Assembly (NCBI GenBank): GCA_902625415.1
Contig: CACOBG010000004.1
Coordinates: forward strand, 1,187-65,186
Length of the DNA: 64,000 nucleotides
Reading direction: 5' to 3'
Origin: an uncultured SAR86 cluster bacterium
Lineage (GTDB): Bacteria; Pseudomonadota; Gammaproteobacteria; Magnimaribacterales; AG-339-G14
Shown here in pieces: positions 27,613 through 36,797 of this stretch. Numbering within the stretch: position 1 is the first letter of the stretch; each line of letters opens with the position of its first letter. The position numbers were made by a program, and so were the translations under genes. The notes beneath the pieces are model-generated. The model was given only the letters and a program-made list of their open reading frames with translations. It searched no databases and was not told the DNA's origin.

Positions 27613-28791
27613 ATGAAAAAAGTTATCTTAGCTTACTCTGGTGGTTTAGATACTTCTGTAATTTTGAAGTGGTTGCAAGAAGAAAAAAATCTTGAAGTCA
27701 TAACTTACACAGCAGATTTAGGCCAGGGAGATATCTCTGATGATTTAGAAGAGAAAGCCAAAAATCTTGGGGCAGCTAAAGTAATTGTTGAAGATCTCAC
27801 TGAAGAATTTATTTCCGATTACGTTTTTCCAATGTTTAGGTGCAATACAATCTTCGAGGGTGAATACTTACTTGGAACAGCGATTGCTAGACCGCTAATC
27901 GCCAAGAAACTCGTCGAAATAGGTAAGCAAGAAGGTACAAATATTATTTGTCATGGAGCTACTGGAAAAGGGAATGATCAAATAAGATTTGAAATAGGCG
28001 CACATGCTTTGAATCCATCCATAGAGGTGATTGCCCCTTGGCGAGACTGGGATATGGTGTCTAGAACTGACCTGATGAATTACTGTAAAAACTACCAAAT
28101 ACCTATGCCTGCCTCGAAAGCAGAAGAACCACCATTTTCAATGGATGAAAATTTATTGCATATTTCATATGAGGGAGGTGTTTTAGAAGATTTAAATAAT
28201 GCTCCACCTGAAGATATGTGGTTGAACACCAAATCATTGGAAAATGCTTCTGAAAAATCTGAGGAGATAACGATTGAATTTTCAAAAGGAGATCCTGTAG
28301 CTTTAAATGGTAAGACATTATCCTCTGCACAATTGTTCCGAGAATTGAATCTTCTTGGCGGTAAACATGGCATTGGAAGAATTGATATTGTTGAGTCTAG
28401 AGTAACCGGGATGAAATCAAGAGGTTGCTATGAAACACCAGGTGGGACCATTTTATTGAAAACTAGAAGAGCTATGGAGTCTTTATGCTTAACTGGTGAA
28501 GAGATAAAAAACAAAGATAAATTTATCCCTGACTATGCTGCATTAATTTATGAGGGTTTATGGTGGAGTAATAAAAGAGTTAATCTCCAAAGTGAGATTG
28601 ATTCAGTATCTAATAAAGTTAACGGCAAGGTCTCAGTAAAACTTTATAAAGGTAATATCATTTCGATTTCTAAAGAAAGTTCTAATTCTTTGTACAACGA
28701 AAACAAAGTAAGCTTTGAAGAAGAAGGTGGTTTTTCTAATGAAGACATGAAATCTCACATTAAGAAAAATATTTTAGATTATGATATTTAA
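27613..28791 (+). CDS. argG: Argininosuccinate synthase
   Basis: 392 aa. AYSGGLDTSV, HGATGKGNDQIRFE, GRIDIVESRVTGMKSRGCYETPGGT. Confidence 0.95.
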   Translation: MKKVILAYSGGLDTSVILKWLQEEKNLEVITYTADLGQGDISDDLEEKAKNLGAAKVIVEDLTEEFISDYVFPMFRCNTIFEGEYLLGTAIARPLIAKKLVEIGKQEGTNIICHGATGKGNDQIRFEIGAHALNPSIEVIAPWRDWDMVSRTDLMNYCKNYQIPMPASKAEEPPFSMDENLLHISYEGGVLEDLNNAPPEDMWLNTKSLENASEKSEEITIEFSKGDPVALNGKTLSSAQLFRELNLLGGKHGIGRIDIVESRVTGMKSRGCYETPGGTILLKTRRAMESLCLTGEEIKNKDKFIPDYAALIYEGLWWSNKRVNLQSEIDSVSNKVNGKVSVKLYKGNIISISKESSNSLYNENKVSFEEEGGFSNEDMKSHIKKNILDYDI

Positions 28792-29684
28792 TCTGCCTCT
28801 AAAGAGATTTTTTCAATATCTTTAATCTTTCTAGCCATATTGATTATAGTTTTGCCCGGCCCTGAATCTATCAGAGAAGAAAGATTATTCTTTAAAAGAT
28901 AATCTAAAGTCTCTCTCCATCTCACGGTCTTAGTCAATTGATTTATAAGGGAATCTTGTATCACTCCAACATCAGAGGTTGGTTCAGCTAGAACATTTGG
29001 AATTACCGGAATAGAAGGGACTTTAAATTCTACTTCATTGAGTAATTTGGCTAACTCATCTTGTGCTTCATCAAGTAAATAGCAATGAGAAGGAACAGAC
29101 ATTTGAACCATTTGAGTTTTAACTCTTCTAAATTCGCCATTGGAAATATAGTTTTTACAAGCCTCTATTGCGGTGTTCTTTCCAGCCAGTACTGAAACAC
29201 CATCTGCATTATCAGTTGAAAAGTTTATAGTTTCATCTGATTCGTTTATATCGTCTATCATTTTATAAACATCGTTGATTGGCATATTCAAAACAACCAG
29301 CATTCCAGCTGTACCTTCTGGAACTGCTTCTTGCATTAATCTTCCTCGATAATTTACTAACTTAACTGCATCAGTCAATTCCAAACAATTTGAATAAACC
29401 AATGCAGAATATTCTCCTAAAGATAGGCCCGCGGTAATATCAATGTTAGAAAGGTTATTTGAATATTTGGCCAATAAGACACTGGTAACTAGAATTGTTG
29501 GTTGCGAGAATTCAGTGAGATTAATTTTTTCTTCTGGTCCGTTTCGGAGTAAATCTTCTAAATCAAAATCTAGAGATTTGGAAACATCGTCAATGATTAA
29601 TTTTACCTCAGAGACTTCTTCAAAAAGCGAATTCAGCATGCCAATTTTTTGGACACCTTGACCAGGAAACAATAAAGCTTTCAT
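28788..29684 (-). CDS. fabD: Malonyl CoA-ACP transacylase
   Basis: 298 aa. LLFPGQGVQKIGM, AGLSLGEYSAL (Leu where GHSLG usually has His), RGRLMQEAVPEG, VPSHC. 4-nt overlap with the upstream monooxygenase gene. Confidence 0.88.
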   Translation of the reverse strand: MKALLFPGQGVQKIGMLNSLFEEVSEVKLIIDDVSKSLDFDLEDLLRNGPEEKINLTEFSQPTILVTSVLLAKYSNNLSNIDITAGLSLGEYSALVYSNCLELTDAVKLVNYRGRLMQEAVPEGTAGMLVVLNMPINDVYKMIDDINESDETINFSTDNADGVSVLAGKNTAIEACKNYISNGEFRRVKTQMVQMSVPSHCYLLDEAQDELAKLLNEVEFKVPSIPVIPNVLAEPTSDVGVIQDSLINQLTKTVRWRETLDYLLKNNLSSLIDSGPGKTIINMARKIKDIEKISLEAD

Positions 29685-31177
29685 AAATTAAGAGAAAATT
29701 CTTTTTCTAAAGATTCAATCATTTCTGAAAGGGAAGAGATATCTTCTACGCCACCATAGGTATATTTATCTGGTCTAACTAAAACTGCCTTATATTTATC
29801 GAAAACAGTTTTTAACCTTTCTTCGGAGTCCTCATTAGGATCAACTGTAATTAATTTAATACCAAGCAGATCAATAATAGTTTTTGCTTTGTCAGTTAAA
29901 TCTAGATTTGATTCTTGAGTTAAAACTGCAAAAGTTTCATCAACTATCCTATCTAACATTTCTTTTTTGTTATTTTTTGTGAGGATGGGTTGCGGTATAG
30001 GAATCCCAGTTATCATATCGGTGGGATCACTATAAATACCCGATGGAATGTGGGGAAAATTTACGTCGTAACTTGGACCTTTTGGTTCGTACTCCTTGCC
30101 TTCTGCAGCAGCACAAAATCCTTCAATAACCTGACCGATAGTAACTGTTTGTGCAATAGTCCATTTGGCATGCGAATGTCTTTCTTTTTGATAGGTATCA
30201 AGTATCCCTTCATTGGCTTTATCTTTAAGAAGAAGATCCAGCTTCCAGGAAATATTTGTAATATCTCTGATGCCAGTTCCCATACCGGCTCCCATAAATG
30301 GTGGCATTTGGTGAGCAGCGTCACCAGCAATTAAGACATTCCCTTTGCGCCAAGTCTCAGCTATACAAGCATGAAAAGAATAAACTTGAGCTCTTTCTAG
30401 CTCGGCATTGTTTTTATTTATCCATGGTTTTAAGAGTTTCCACACGTTCTCATCTTTTTCTAGTTCTTTTGAATCTTCACCAGGCATTTTTTTAAATTCA
30501 AATCTAAGATGTCCACGCCTACCTGGTACATAAGTTCCAGGCCTTTTTGGATCACACACTTGCATGGCTTCTTTTTCTGGAATATTTATTTTTTCAGTTA
30601 AATGAGCGTCACAAACTAGCCATTCTTGATTGTATTCAAAATCTTCCAAGTCAACATCTAACTCTCTTCTTACGAAGCTGCTAGCTCCATCACACCCAAT
30701 AAGATATCTTGAAAAAAATGTTAAATCGCCATCGGAGTTTTTGCAGTTTAGGTAAACTCCTTCAGACGTATCTTCGAAACTTAACAATTCTGTTCCTTCT
30801 CTTATCGAAATATTATTTTCTGACTCTACTGAGGCTCTTATAAATCCTTCTAACTCAGGCTGATAAAATAAAACTTGATTTGGCCAACCCATGGCAGAGA
30901 CTCCGACTGGTTGTTCGATAGTCTGAATAGGATTTAAATTCGCATCGCCAAAATGAACACATTGAATTTCAGCTGAATTTTCTACTACTTTTTCTGCAAT
31001 ACCCAATCTATCAAAAGTTCTGAGTTGTTCCCCATCTGTATTTATCGCTCTTGCTGTTGGTGAGGGCCCAATATTTTTTTCAATAACTAAAACCTTGTGG
31101 CCTAACTTACCCATTAATCCTGCAAAAGTAGAACCAACAGGTCCATAACCACAAATTGCTATATCAAATTGTTCCAT
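29681..31177 (-). CDS. FAD-dependent aromatic-ring hydroxylase (MhpA/PheA-TfdB type flavin monooxygenase)
   Basis: 498 aa. ICGYGPVGSTFAGLMGKLGHKVLVIEK (GxGxxG), CDGASSFVRR, GDAAHQMPPFMGAGMGTGIRD. Confidence 0.8.
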   Translation of the reverse strand: MEQFDIAICGYGPVGSTFAGLMGKLGHKVLVIEKNIGPSPTARAINTDGEQLRTFDRLGIAEKVVENSAEIQCVHFGDANLNPIQTIEQPVGVSAMGWPNQVLFYQPELEGFIRASVESENNISIREGTELLSFEDTSEGVYLNCKNSDGDLTFFSRYLIGCDGASSFVRRELDVDLEDFEYNQEWLVCDAHLTEKINIPEKEAMQVCDPKRPGTYVPGRRGHLRFEFKKMPGEDSKELEKDENVWKLLKPWINKNNAELERAQVYSFHACIAETWRKGNVLIAGDAAHQMPPFMGAGMGTGIRDITNISWKLDLLLKDKANEGILDTYQKERHSHAKWTIAQTVTIGQVIEGFCAAAEGKEYEPKGPSYDVNFPHIPSGIYSDPTDMITGIPIPQPILTKNNKKEMLDRIVDETFAVLTQESNLDLTDKAKTIIDLLGIKLITVDPNEDSEERLKTVFDKYKAVLVRPDKYTYGGVEDISSLSEMIESLEKEFSLNL

Positions 31178-31240
31178 TTATGAGCATCGAGAAACTAAAA
31201 AATTTATTATAATATTTTTTATAAAGTTGCGGAGAAAACT

Positions 31241-32263
31241 ATGAACCCAATTATAAAAGCAGTTGATGTGCAATATTGCACTCTGCAATGTCCAGATTTA
31301 GATATTCAAGAACAATTCCTCATTCACTTTGGTATGCATACAGTGGAAAAAAAAGAAGACATTCTGATTATGCGTGGAGAAGGACCAAAACCTTTTATTG
31401 AAATTTGTAAAAAAGGAGAAAGGAAATTTTTAGGAGCTGCTTTTTTAGCAGCATCAATGGAAGATTTGGAAAAAATAAGTAAGACCGATCCTTTTTCAGA
31501 AATAGAAACACTTACTACTCCTGGAGGTGGCTTTATTTCTAAGGGGACAGACCCTGATGGAATAAATGTTGAAGTAGTCTTTGGTATAGATGATAGATCA
31601 GATTTTAAAGAGATAAATCCTTTTCCCAATAATGAAGGAACAAATTCTAATAGAGTAAATGAACTCAAAAGGTACCAAAAGGGACAATATCCTAGAATTT
31701 TAAGATTTGCACACTATGGCATAAATGTTACGGATGTTGCTGCATCTTTGGATTGGTATAACAAATATCTAGGAATTATTCCAAGCGATAAGCTTTGGAT
31801 TGGCGAACCAAATAATCCTGAAACTCCTTTGAACGGAATTTTTGCTAGATTAGATAAAGGTAAGGTTCCAGCAGATCACCATTCAATATTTTTCTTGAAC
31901 GCGCATATGATCTCTCAAGGTAAATCAGGTCTTAATCACGTCTCTTTTGAAATGCTAAGTATTGATGATGTTTTCAGCGGACATGAAATACTACAAAAAA
32001 CAAAAGAGGAGTTTGATTACGAACTCGAGTGGGGTGTCGGTAGACATTACCAGGGAAGCCAAGTATTCGATTATTGGAGAAATCCATTTAAACAAACGCA
32101 TGAGCATCAAACTGATGGTGACGTCTTAGATAATTCCGTTCCACATAACGATTTGGATCTTACAAAAGGTGAGGGCGGAGGGTTACCAGAAGATGGACCA
32201 GGAGCTTCACAATGGGGGCCTTCTATAAATTTTGCTACTTTTGGAGATGAAAGAGGCCTTTAA
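31241..32263 (+). CDS. VOC (glyoxalase/extradiol dioxygenase) superfamily protein
   Basis: 340 aa. Two VOC-like modules, the second with FAHYGINV...HHSIFF...LNHVSFEM metal-ligand-like pattern. Divergent from the monooxygenase. Confidence 0.65.
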   Translation: MNPIIKAVDVQYCTLQCPDLDIQEQFLIHFGMHTVEKKEDILIMRGEGPKPFIEICKKGERKFLGAAFLAASMEDLEKISKTDPFSEIETLTTPGGGFISKGTDPDGINVEVVFGIDDRSDFKEINPFPNNEGTNSNRVNELKRYQKGQYPRILRFAHYGINVTDVAASLDWYNKYLGIIPSDKLWIGEPNNPETPLNGIFARLDKGKVPADHHSIFFLNAHMISQGKSGLNHVSFEMLSIDDVFSGHEILQKTKEEFDYELEWGVGRHYQGSQVFDYWRNPFKQTHEHQTDGDVLDNSVPHNDLDLTKGEGGGLPEDGPGASQWGPSINFATFGDERGL

Positions 32264-33040
32264 TTGGATCTAAAAATAAAAGGAAGGAAAGCTATCATCT
32301 GTGCATCTAGCAGAGGTTTGGGAAAAGCATGCGCCAATTCCTTAGGCCAAGAGGGGGTTGAATTAATCATAAATGGAGTCAATGAAAAAAATTTAAAAAA
32401 AACTGAAGAAGAGTTTTTAGACAAAGGTTTTAAAGTAACTTCTGTATTAGGAGCAATGGAAGATTCATCTACTAGGTCTGCTTTGCTCGAAGTTTGCCCT
32501 GAGCCAGATATTTTGATTAATAACAGTGGAGGACCACCACCTGGAAATTTCTTTGATTGGACAGAAGAGGACTTCCTTTCAGCAATAAAATCTAACTTCA
32601 CTCAATCTGCATTACTCATGCAAGCCGTAATACCAAAAATGAAAGAAAAAAATTTTGGACGCATCATCAATATAACTTCCGCAATGGTTAAAAATCCTCA
32701 TTTAATAATGGGCCTTTCAACTTCTGCACGTTCCGGACTTCATGGATTGTCAAAAGCTTTGTCTAGAGAAGTTGCGCAATACAACATAACTATCAATAAC
32801 GTTCTGCCGGAAAGAATTGATACTGATAGACAAACTCAAATTTTAAACTTTCAAGCAAAGTTAGCGGATTCAACATATGAAGAGGCAAAAAAAGAACTTG
32901 AGGAGACTTTAACTGCAAAAAGAATGGGAACAGTAGAAGAGTTTTCTGGAGTATGCACTTTTCTTTGTTCAGAACAAGCAGCCTATATTTCCGGACAAAA
33001 TATATCCGTAGATGGTGGAAATTCTACCAATCTTATTTAA
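32264..33040 (+). CDS. SDR family oxidoreductase
   Basis: 258 aa. TTG start directly after the VOC stop. CASSRGLGKACA and NNSGGPPPG motifs. Confidence 0.8.
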   Translation: MDLKIKGRKAIICASSRGLGKACANSLGQEGVELIINGVNEKNLKKTEEEFLDKGFKVTSVLGAMEDSSTRSALLEVCPEPDILINNSGGPPPGNFFDWTEEDFLSAIKSNFTQSALLMQAVIPKMKEKNFGRIINITSAMVKNPHLIMGLSTSARSGLHGLSKALSREVAQYNITINNVLPERIDTDRQTQILNFQAKLADSTYEEAKKELEETLTAKRMGTVEEFSGVCTFLCSEQAAYISGQNISVDGGNSTNLI

Positions 33041-34064
33041 CTCCTAATTTTTCTTGCAGTCCTTTGTTTGACGTGGTGTATCCAAAAGGCACACGTTTTC
33101 CAGGATTTATTCTTTTGTAAGCCTCTTGCACTGCAATAGTAGTTTCATGAAAGCCACATAAGATTAAATCAAGCTTTCCAGGATAAGTATTTATGTCTCC
33201 AACGGCAAAGATACCATTTTTATTCGTTTGATAATTTTCAGTATCAACCGCTATCTTTTTTCCATCCAAGTCTATTTCCCAATCCAAGATGGGACCAAGT
33301 TGCTTGTTCAAACCAAAGAAAAACAGTGCTTCATCGCATTCTAAGAGTTCTTCTTCTTTGGTTTCAAACTGCATAAGCTCAACTCCTTCAAAAGACGAGT
33401 CTCCTTTTATGGATTTTATTACATAAGGTATTTTTAACTCAATTTTGCCATCTCCAACCAACTCTCTCATTTGATTTTCAGTATGTTCAGCTCCCCTGAA
33501 GTCATCTCTTCTATGTACCAAAAAGATTTTTTTAGCTATTTTCGATAACTCAACTGACCAATCTAAAGCACTATCTCCGCCACCAAAAATAACAATTTCT
33601 TTATCTTTGTACTTATCTTTTTCCTTAATTGCGTAATCGACACCTTTAGAAAGAAATTTATCAGGATCTTCGACTGGTGGTTTCCTTGGTTCAAAGGCGC
33701 CAGCTCCCGCAGCAACAAAAACATTCTTTGTCTTGAATTCAGTTTTTTCATTTGTAACAACTCTCCAGAAATTATCTGGCAGCTCTTCTAAAACATCTAC
33801 TCTCTGGTTGAGATGTGTCTCATAAGAAAATGGCTTAATTTGTTCCAGCAAAGCATCAATGTGTTCTTTTCCAGTTTGATTAGCCACTCCTGGAATATCG
33901 TAAATCGGCTTTTCCGGATAGAGCTCTATACACTGTCCACCGACCTTATCTAGGTTATCAATCAAATGACAATTCAAACCCAAAAGACCAGCTTCAAATA
34001 CTGTAAACAGTCCAACAGGACCTGCACCAATTACGACTATATCTGTTTCTATTATTTTCGACAT
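33033..34064 (-). CDS. Ferredoxin-NADP(+) reductase, thioredoxin-reductase-like type
   Basis: 343 aa. VIGAGPVGLF and FGGGDSALDW dinucleotide motifs, no CxxC redox pair, C-terminal GYTTS tail typical of TrxR-like FNR. Confidence 0.8.
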   Translation of the reverse strand: MSKIIETDIVVIGAGPVGLFTVFEAGLLGLNCHLIDNLDKVGGQCIELYPEKPIYDIPGVANQTGKEHIDALLEQIKPFSYETHLNQRVDVLEELPDNFWRVVTNEKTEFKTKNVFVAAGAGAFEPRKPPVEDPDKFLSKGVDYAIKEKDKYKDKEIVIFGGGDSALDWSVELSKIAKKIFLVHRRDDFRGAEHTENQMRELVGDGKIELKIPYVIKSIKGDSSFEGVELMQFETKEEELLECDEALFFFGLNKQLGPILDWEIDLDGKKIAVDTENYQTNKNGIFAVGDINTYPGKLDLILCGFHETTIAVQEAYKRINPGKRVPFGYTTSNKGLQEKLGVK

Positions 34065-34396
34065 TAACTTACCTTCATCCCTGGTAGAGCATCAGTATCA
34101 GGACCAACTAAATAAACACCGCTATCTTCGTTACTGGCAGCTAGAATCATTCCATCTGATGTACCAAATCTCATTTCACGTGGTTTTAAATTATTGACGC
34201 AAACTACCATTTTATTGAGCAAATTTTTGGGTTCATAATATTTTTTTATTCCGGCAAAAACAGTCTTTTCACCAAGTTCTCCAAGATCTAATTTTAATTG
34301 CACCAATTTTTCAGCTTCCTCAATCTCACTGACTTCTATTACTTTTGCAATTCTTAAGTCAACTTTAAAAAAGTCATCAATCGTAATTTCATCCAC
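34064..34396 (-). CDS. metG: Methionine--tRNA ligase C-terminal tRNA-binding (Trbp111/EMAP-like) domain, in a separate frame
   Basis: 110 aa from GTG 34396. DDFFKVDLRIAKV...VFAGIKKYY...MILAAS... matches the MetRS C-terminal appendix. Overlaps the stop of the preceding fragment by 8 nt (GTGGATGA). Confidence 0.85.
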   Translation of the reverse strand: MDEITIDDFFKVDLRIAKVIEVSEIEEAEKLVQLKLDLGELGEKTVFAGIKKYYEPKNLLNKMVVCVNNLKPREMRFGTSDGMILAASNEDSGVYLVGPDTDALPGMKVS

Positions 34397-35135
34397 TTTT
34401 ACTTGCCTCTATAAGATTATCAATTTTTTCGTTTTCTATTCTTTCAATTAAAGGCTTGAAAGATTGAATTTCATGATTTTTAACCGAAATCGTTATATGT
34501 TCAAAACTATCGTCGGTTAAATTCAAATACTGTTTAATTTTAAATGCAGTTTCAGGGATTATAGGTTCTAAGCAAATATTTAATATTCTAAATAAATTCA
34601 TGCCAGTACTAGAAATTTTAATAACTTCCTTCTCGTTGATCTTCTCTTTAGCTAATACCCAAGGTTGATTACGATCAATATATTGATTCGCAGAATCTGC
34701 TAGTTTCATAATTCGTTTGCAGGCATTTGAATAATCTAAATTAACATAGTCTTGGAATATCATTTTTGCTTCCTCTTTGAATTCATCAATGAGATCTTCT
34801 TCTAAATCTGAACCTAATTTATTCTTATTAGTTTTCAAAAATTTTTGCACTCTACTGGCAATATTAATAAACTTTCCTACCAAATCGGTATTAACTTTTT
34901 TTTGAAAATCTTTTAAATCAAAATCAATATCATCGATTTTGTTAGTGAGTTTTGAAGCTAAATAATATCTTAAAAAATCAGAATCCAATTCAGCAGAATA
35001 TTGATCTGCAAGAAGAAAATTACCTTTAGATTTTGACATTTTATTTCCATTCAAAGTTAAAAAACCATGTACAAAAACATTAGATGGTTTTTTTAAATTC
35101 TGCTGCATGCAATAAAGCTGGCCAAAACAAAGCAT
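34389..35135 (-). CDS. metG: Methionine--tRNA ligase middle fragment (KMSKS loop plus anticodon-binding domain)
   Basis: The homologous sequence starts at KKPSNVFVHGFLTLNGNKMSKSKGNF. The first ~14 tracked codons (MLCFGQLYCMQQNL) are out-of-frame overlap with the N-terminal fragment. Confidence 0.88.
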   Translation of the reverse strand: MLCFGQLYCMQQNLKKPSNVFVHGFLTLNGNKMSKSKGNFLLADQYSAELDSDFLRYYLASKLTNKIDDIDFDLKDFQKKVNTDLVGKFINIASRVQKFLKTNKNKLGSDLEEDLIDEFKEEAKMIFQDYVNLDYSNACKRIMKLADSANQYIDRNQPWVLAKEKINEKEVIKISSTGMNLFRILNICLEPIIPETAFKIKQYLNLTDDSFEHITISVKNHEIQSFKPLIERIENEKIDNLIEASKSG

Positions 35136-36039
35136 GAAAATTTAGTATATCTTTACCTATGAAGTGATAAATTTCATGCCTTGAATCTTCACTCCATAGA
35201 TCTTTAGCAGAAGCTTTATTTTTTGAATCCTTTAAAAATTTTTCTAGAGTTCCAATATAACCGATAGGCGCATCAAGCCAAACATAAAAAAATTTATCCT
35301 CAAACCCTGGAATTTTAAATCCAAAATAGGGTGCATCTCTGGATATATCCCAATCCATCAAGCCATCTTTGAACCATTCTTGAAGTTTATTAATAACACT
35401 TTCTTGCAAAGAGGATTCGTCTATCCATTTTTTTATTTCAGCTTCTAATTTTGTTAGGGAAAAAAATAAATGTTCACTATCTTTTATCACTGGAGGTTTT
35501 TTAGAAAAAATTGATAGGGGATTAATCAATTCGGTAGCTTCGTATTTTGCTCCACAAACATCGCAGTTATCGCCATATTGATCAGGTGCATTACATTTAG
35601 GACAATTTCCTTGAACGTAGCGATCAGCTAGAAATAATTTCTTATCTTTATCATAGAGTTGCTTTATATTTTGTTTTTTAATGTAGCCATTTTCTAAAGC
35701 TGTATTGTAAATAAGCTCACTGTATTTTTTATTTTCTTCACTATGCGTTTGATAATAACAATCATGACTTACTTGGAAAGCTTCTAAGGTTTTTTTATGA
35801 GCTTTCATGTATTTATCAACCAATTTTTCTGGGGCAATATTTTCTTCTTCAGCTTTCATCATTATGGGAGTACCGTGAGCATCAGAAGCACAAAGATAGA
35901 TGCAATGGTTTCCCAAAATACGTTGAGATCTGACCCAAATATCAGTTTGAATATGCTCTAGTAAATGTCCGAAATGAAGAGGACCATTAGCATAGGGAAG
36001 GGCACTAGTAACAATTAGTTCTTTTTTTTTCATCGTCAT
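35080..36039 (-). CDS. metG: Methionine--tRNA ligase N-terminal fragment (Rossmann fold, HIGH motif, zinc knuckle)
   Basis: 319 aa. ALPYANGPLHFGHLLEHIQTDIW and CPKCNAPDQYGDNCDVCG. The frame ends ..FWPALLHAAEFKKTI* inside an A7 run (plus-strand T7 at 35088-35094). Confidence 0.9.
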   Translation of the reverse strand: MTMKKKELIVTSALPYANGPLHFGHLLEHIQTDIWVRSQRILGNHCIYLCASDAHGTPIMMKAEEENIAPEKLVDKYMKAHKKTLEAFQVSHDCYYQTHSEENKKYSELIYNTALENGYIKKQNIKQLYDKDKKLFLADRYVQGNCPKCNAPDQYGDNCDVCGAKYEATELINPLSIFSKKPPVIKDSEHLFFSLTKLEAEIKKWIDESSLQESVINKLQEWFKDGLMDWDISRDAPYFGFKIPGFEDKFFYVWLDAPIGYIGTLEKFLKDSKNKASAKDLWSEDSRHEIYHFIGKDILNFHALFWPALLHAAEFKKTI

Positions 36040-36056
36040 AGGAATAAGCTATTACC

Positions 36057-36797
36057 ATGGAGAGAAATCATTTTATCTTAAATGCTAAAAGTATTCTTTT
36101 GATTTTATTGTTGGTAACTACAGGATGTGCAACAACCAGCAAATTGTCAGATGATTTTAATCCTGACGATCCCTATGAAAAAAGTAATAGAAAAGTCTTC
36201 GAGTTCAATAACAAAATAGATAAATTGTTTCTAAGACCGGTTACCGATTTTTATGATAAAGCTACACCTGAGTTTGCTCAAACTTCGATAACTAATTTCT
36301 TTGCTAATTTGGATGACATAAGAATTTCAATAAATAATCTATTGCAAGGCAACGTAGTTGAATCAATGAGTGATATAACTAGGTTTTTCATAAATTCTAT
36401 TTTTGGACTTGGTGGTTTTTTTGATGTTGCCTCAGAAATGGGACTAGAAAAACATAGTGAAGATTTCGGGCAAACTCTAGGCAAATGGGGTGCAAAGCCC
36501 GGTCCTTATTTAATGCTGCCTTTTCTGGGACCAAGCACTACAAGAGATGCTTTTACCTTTGTAGGCGATACTGCTTTAGCTCCGGCTCTGTCTTTGGATG
36601 ATAATGCTGCAAGAGTAGGTCTTATTTCTCTTGATTTAATAAATACTTATTCCGCATTTACAGGTATTGCAGATATAGAAAGCAAAGATCAATATGCTTT
36701 TCTAAGAGATGCATACTTAGAGAGAAGAAAATACGAAATCAATGATGGGTTATCAGAAGAAGATCTTTCTCAAGATGAAGATTTTGAAGATTTCTAG
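36057..36797 (+). CDS. mlaA: MlaA/VacJ family outer-membrane lipoprotein
   Basis: 246 aa. Lipobox LVTTGC. DPYEKSNRKVFEFNNKIDKLFLRPV and GPYLMLPFLGPST motifs. Confidence 0.9.
   Translation: MERNHFILNAKSILLILLLVTTGCATTSKLSDDFNPDDPYEKSNRKVFEFNNKIDKLFLRPVTDFYDKATPEFAQTSITNFFANLDDIRISINNLLQGNVVESMSDITRFFINSIFGLGGFFDVASEMGLEKHSEDFGQTLGKWGAKPGPYLMLPFLGPSTTRDAFTFVGDTALAPALSLDDNAARVGLISLDLINTYSAFTGIADIESKDQYAFLRDAYLERRKYEINDGLSEEDLSQDEDFEDF

Noticed and set aside
35080-35100. Classical -1 programmed ribosomal frameshift on A AAA AAA C joining the metG fragments.
   Set aside because: The downstream frame is +1 (equivalently -2) relative to the upstream frame, so a -1 slip would not restore MetRS. Only loss of one A (an error, a mutation or transcript slippage) or a +1 shift would.
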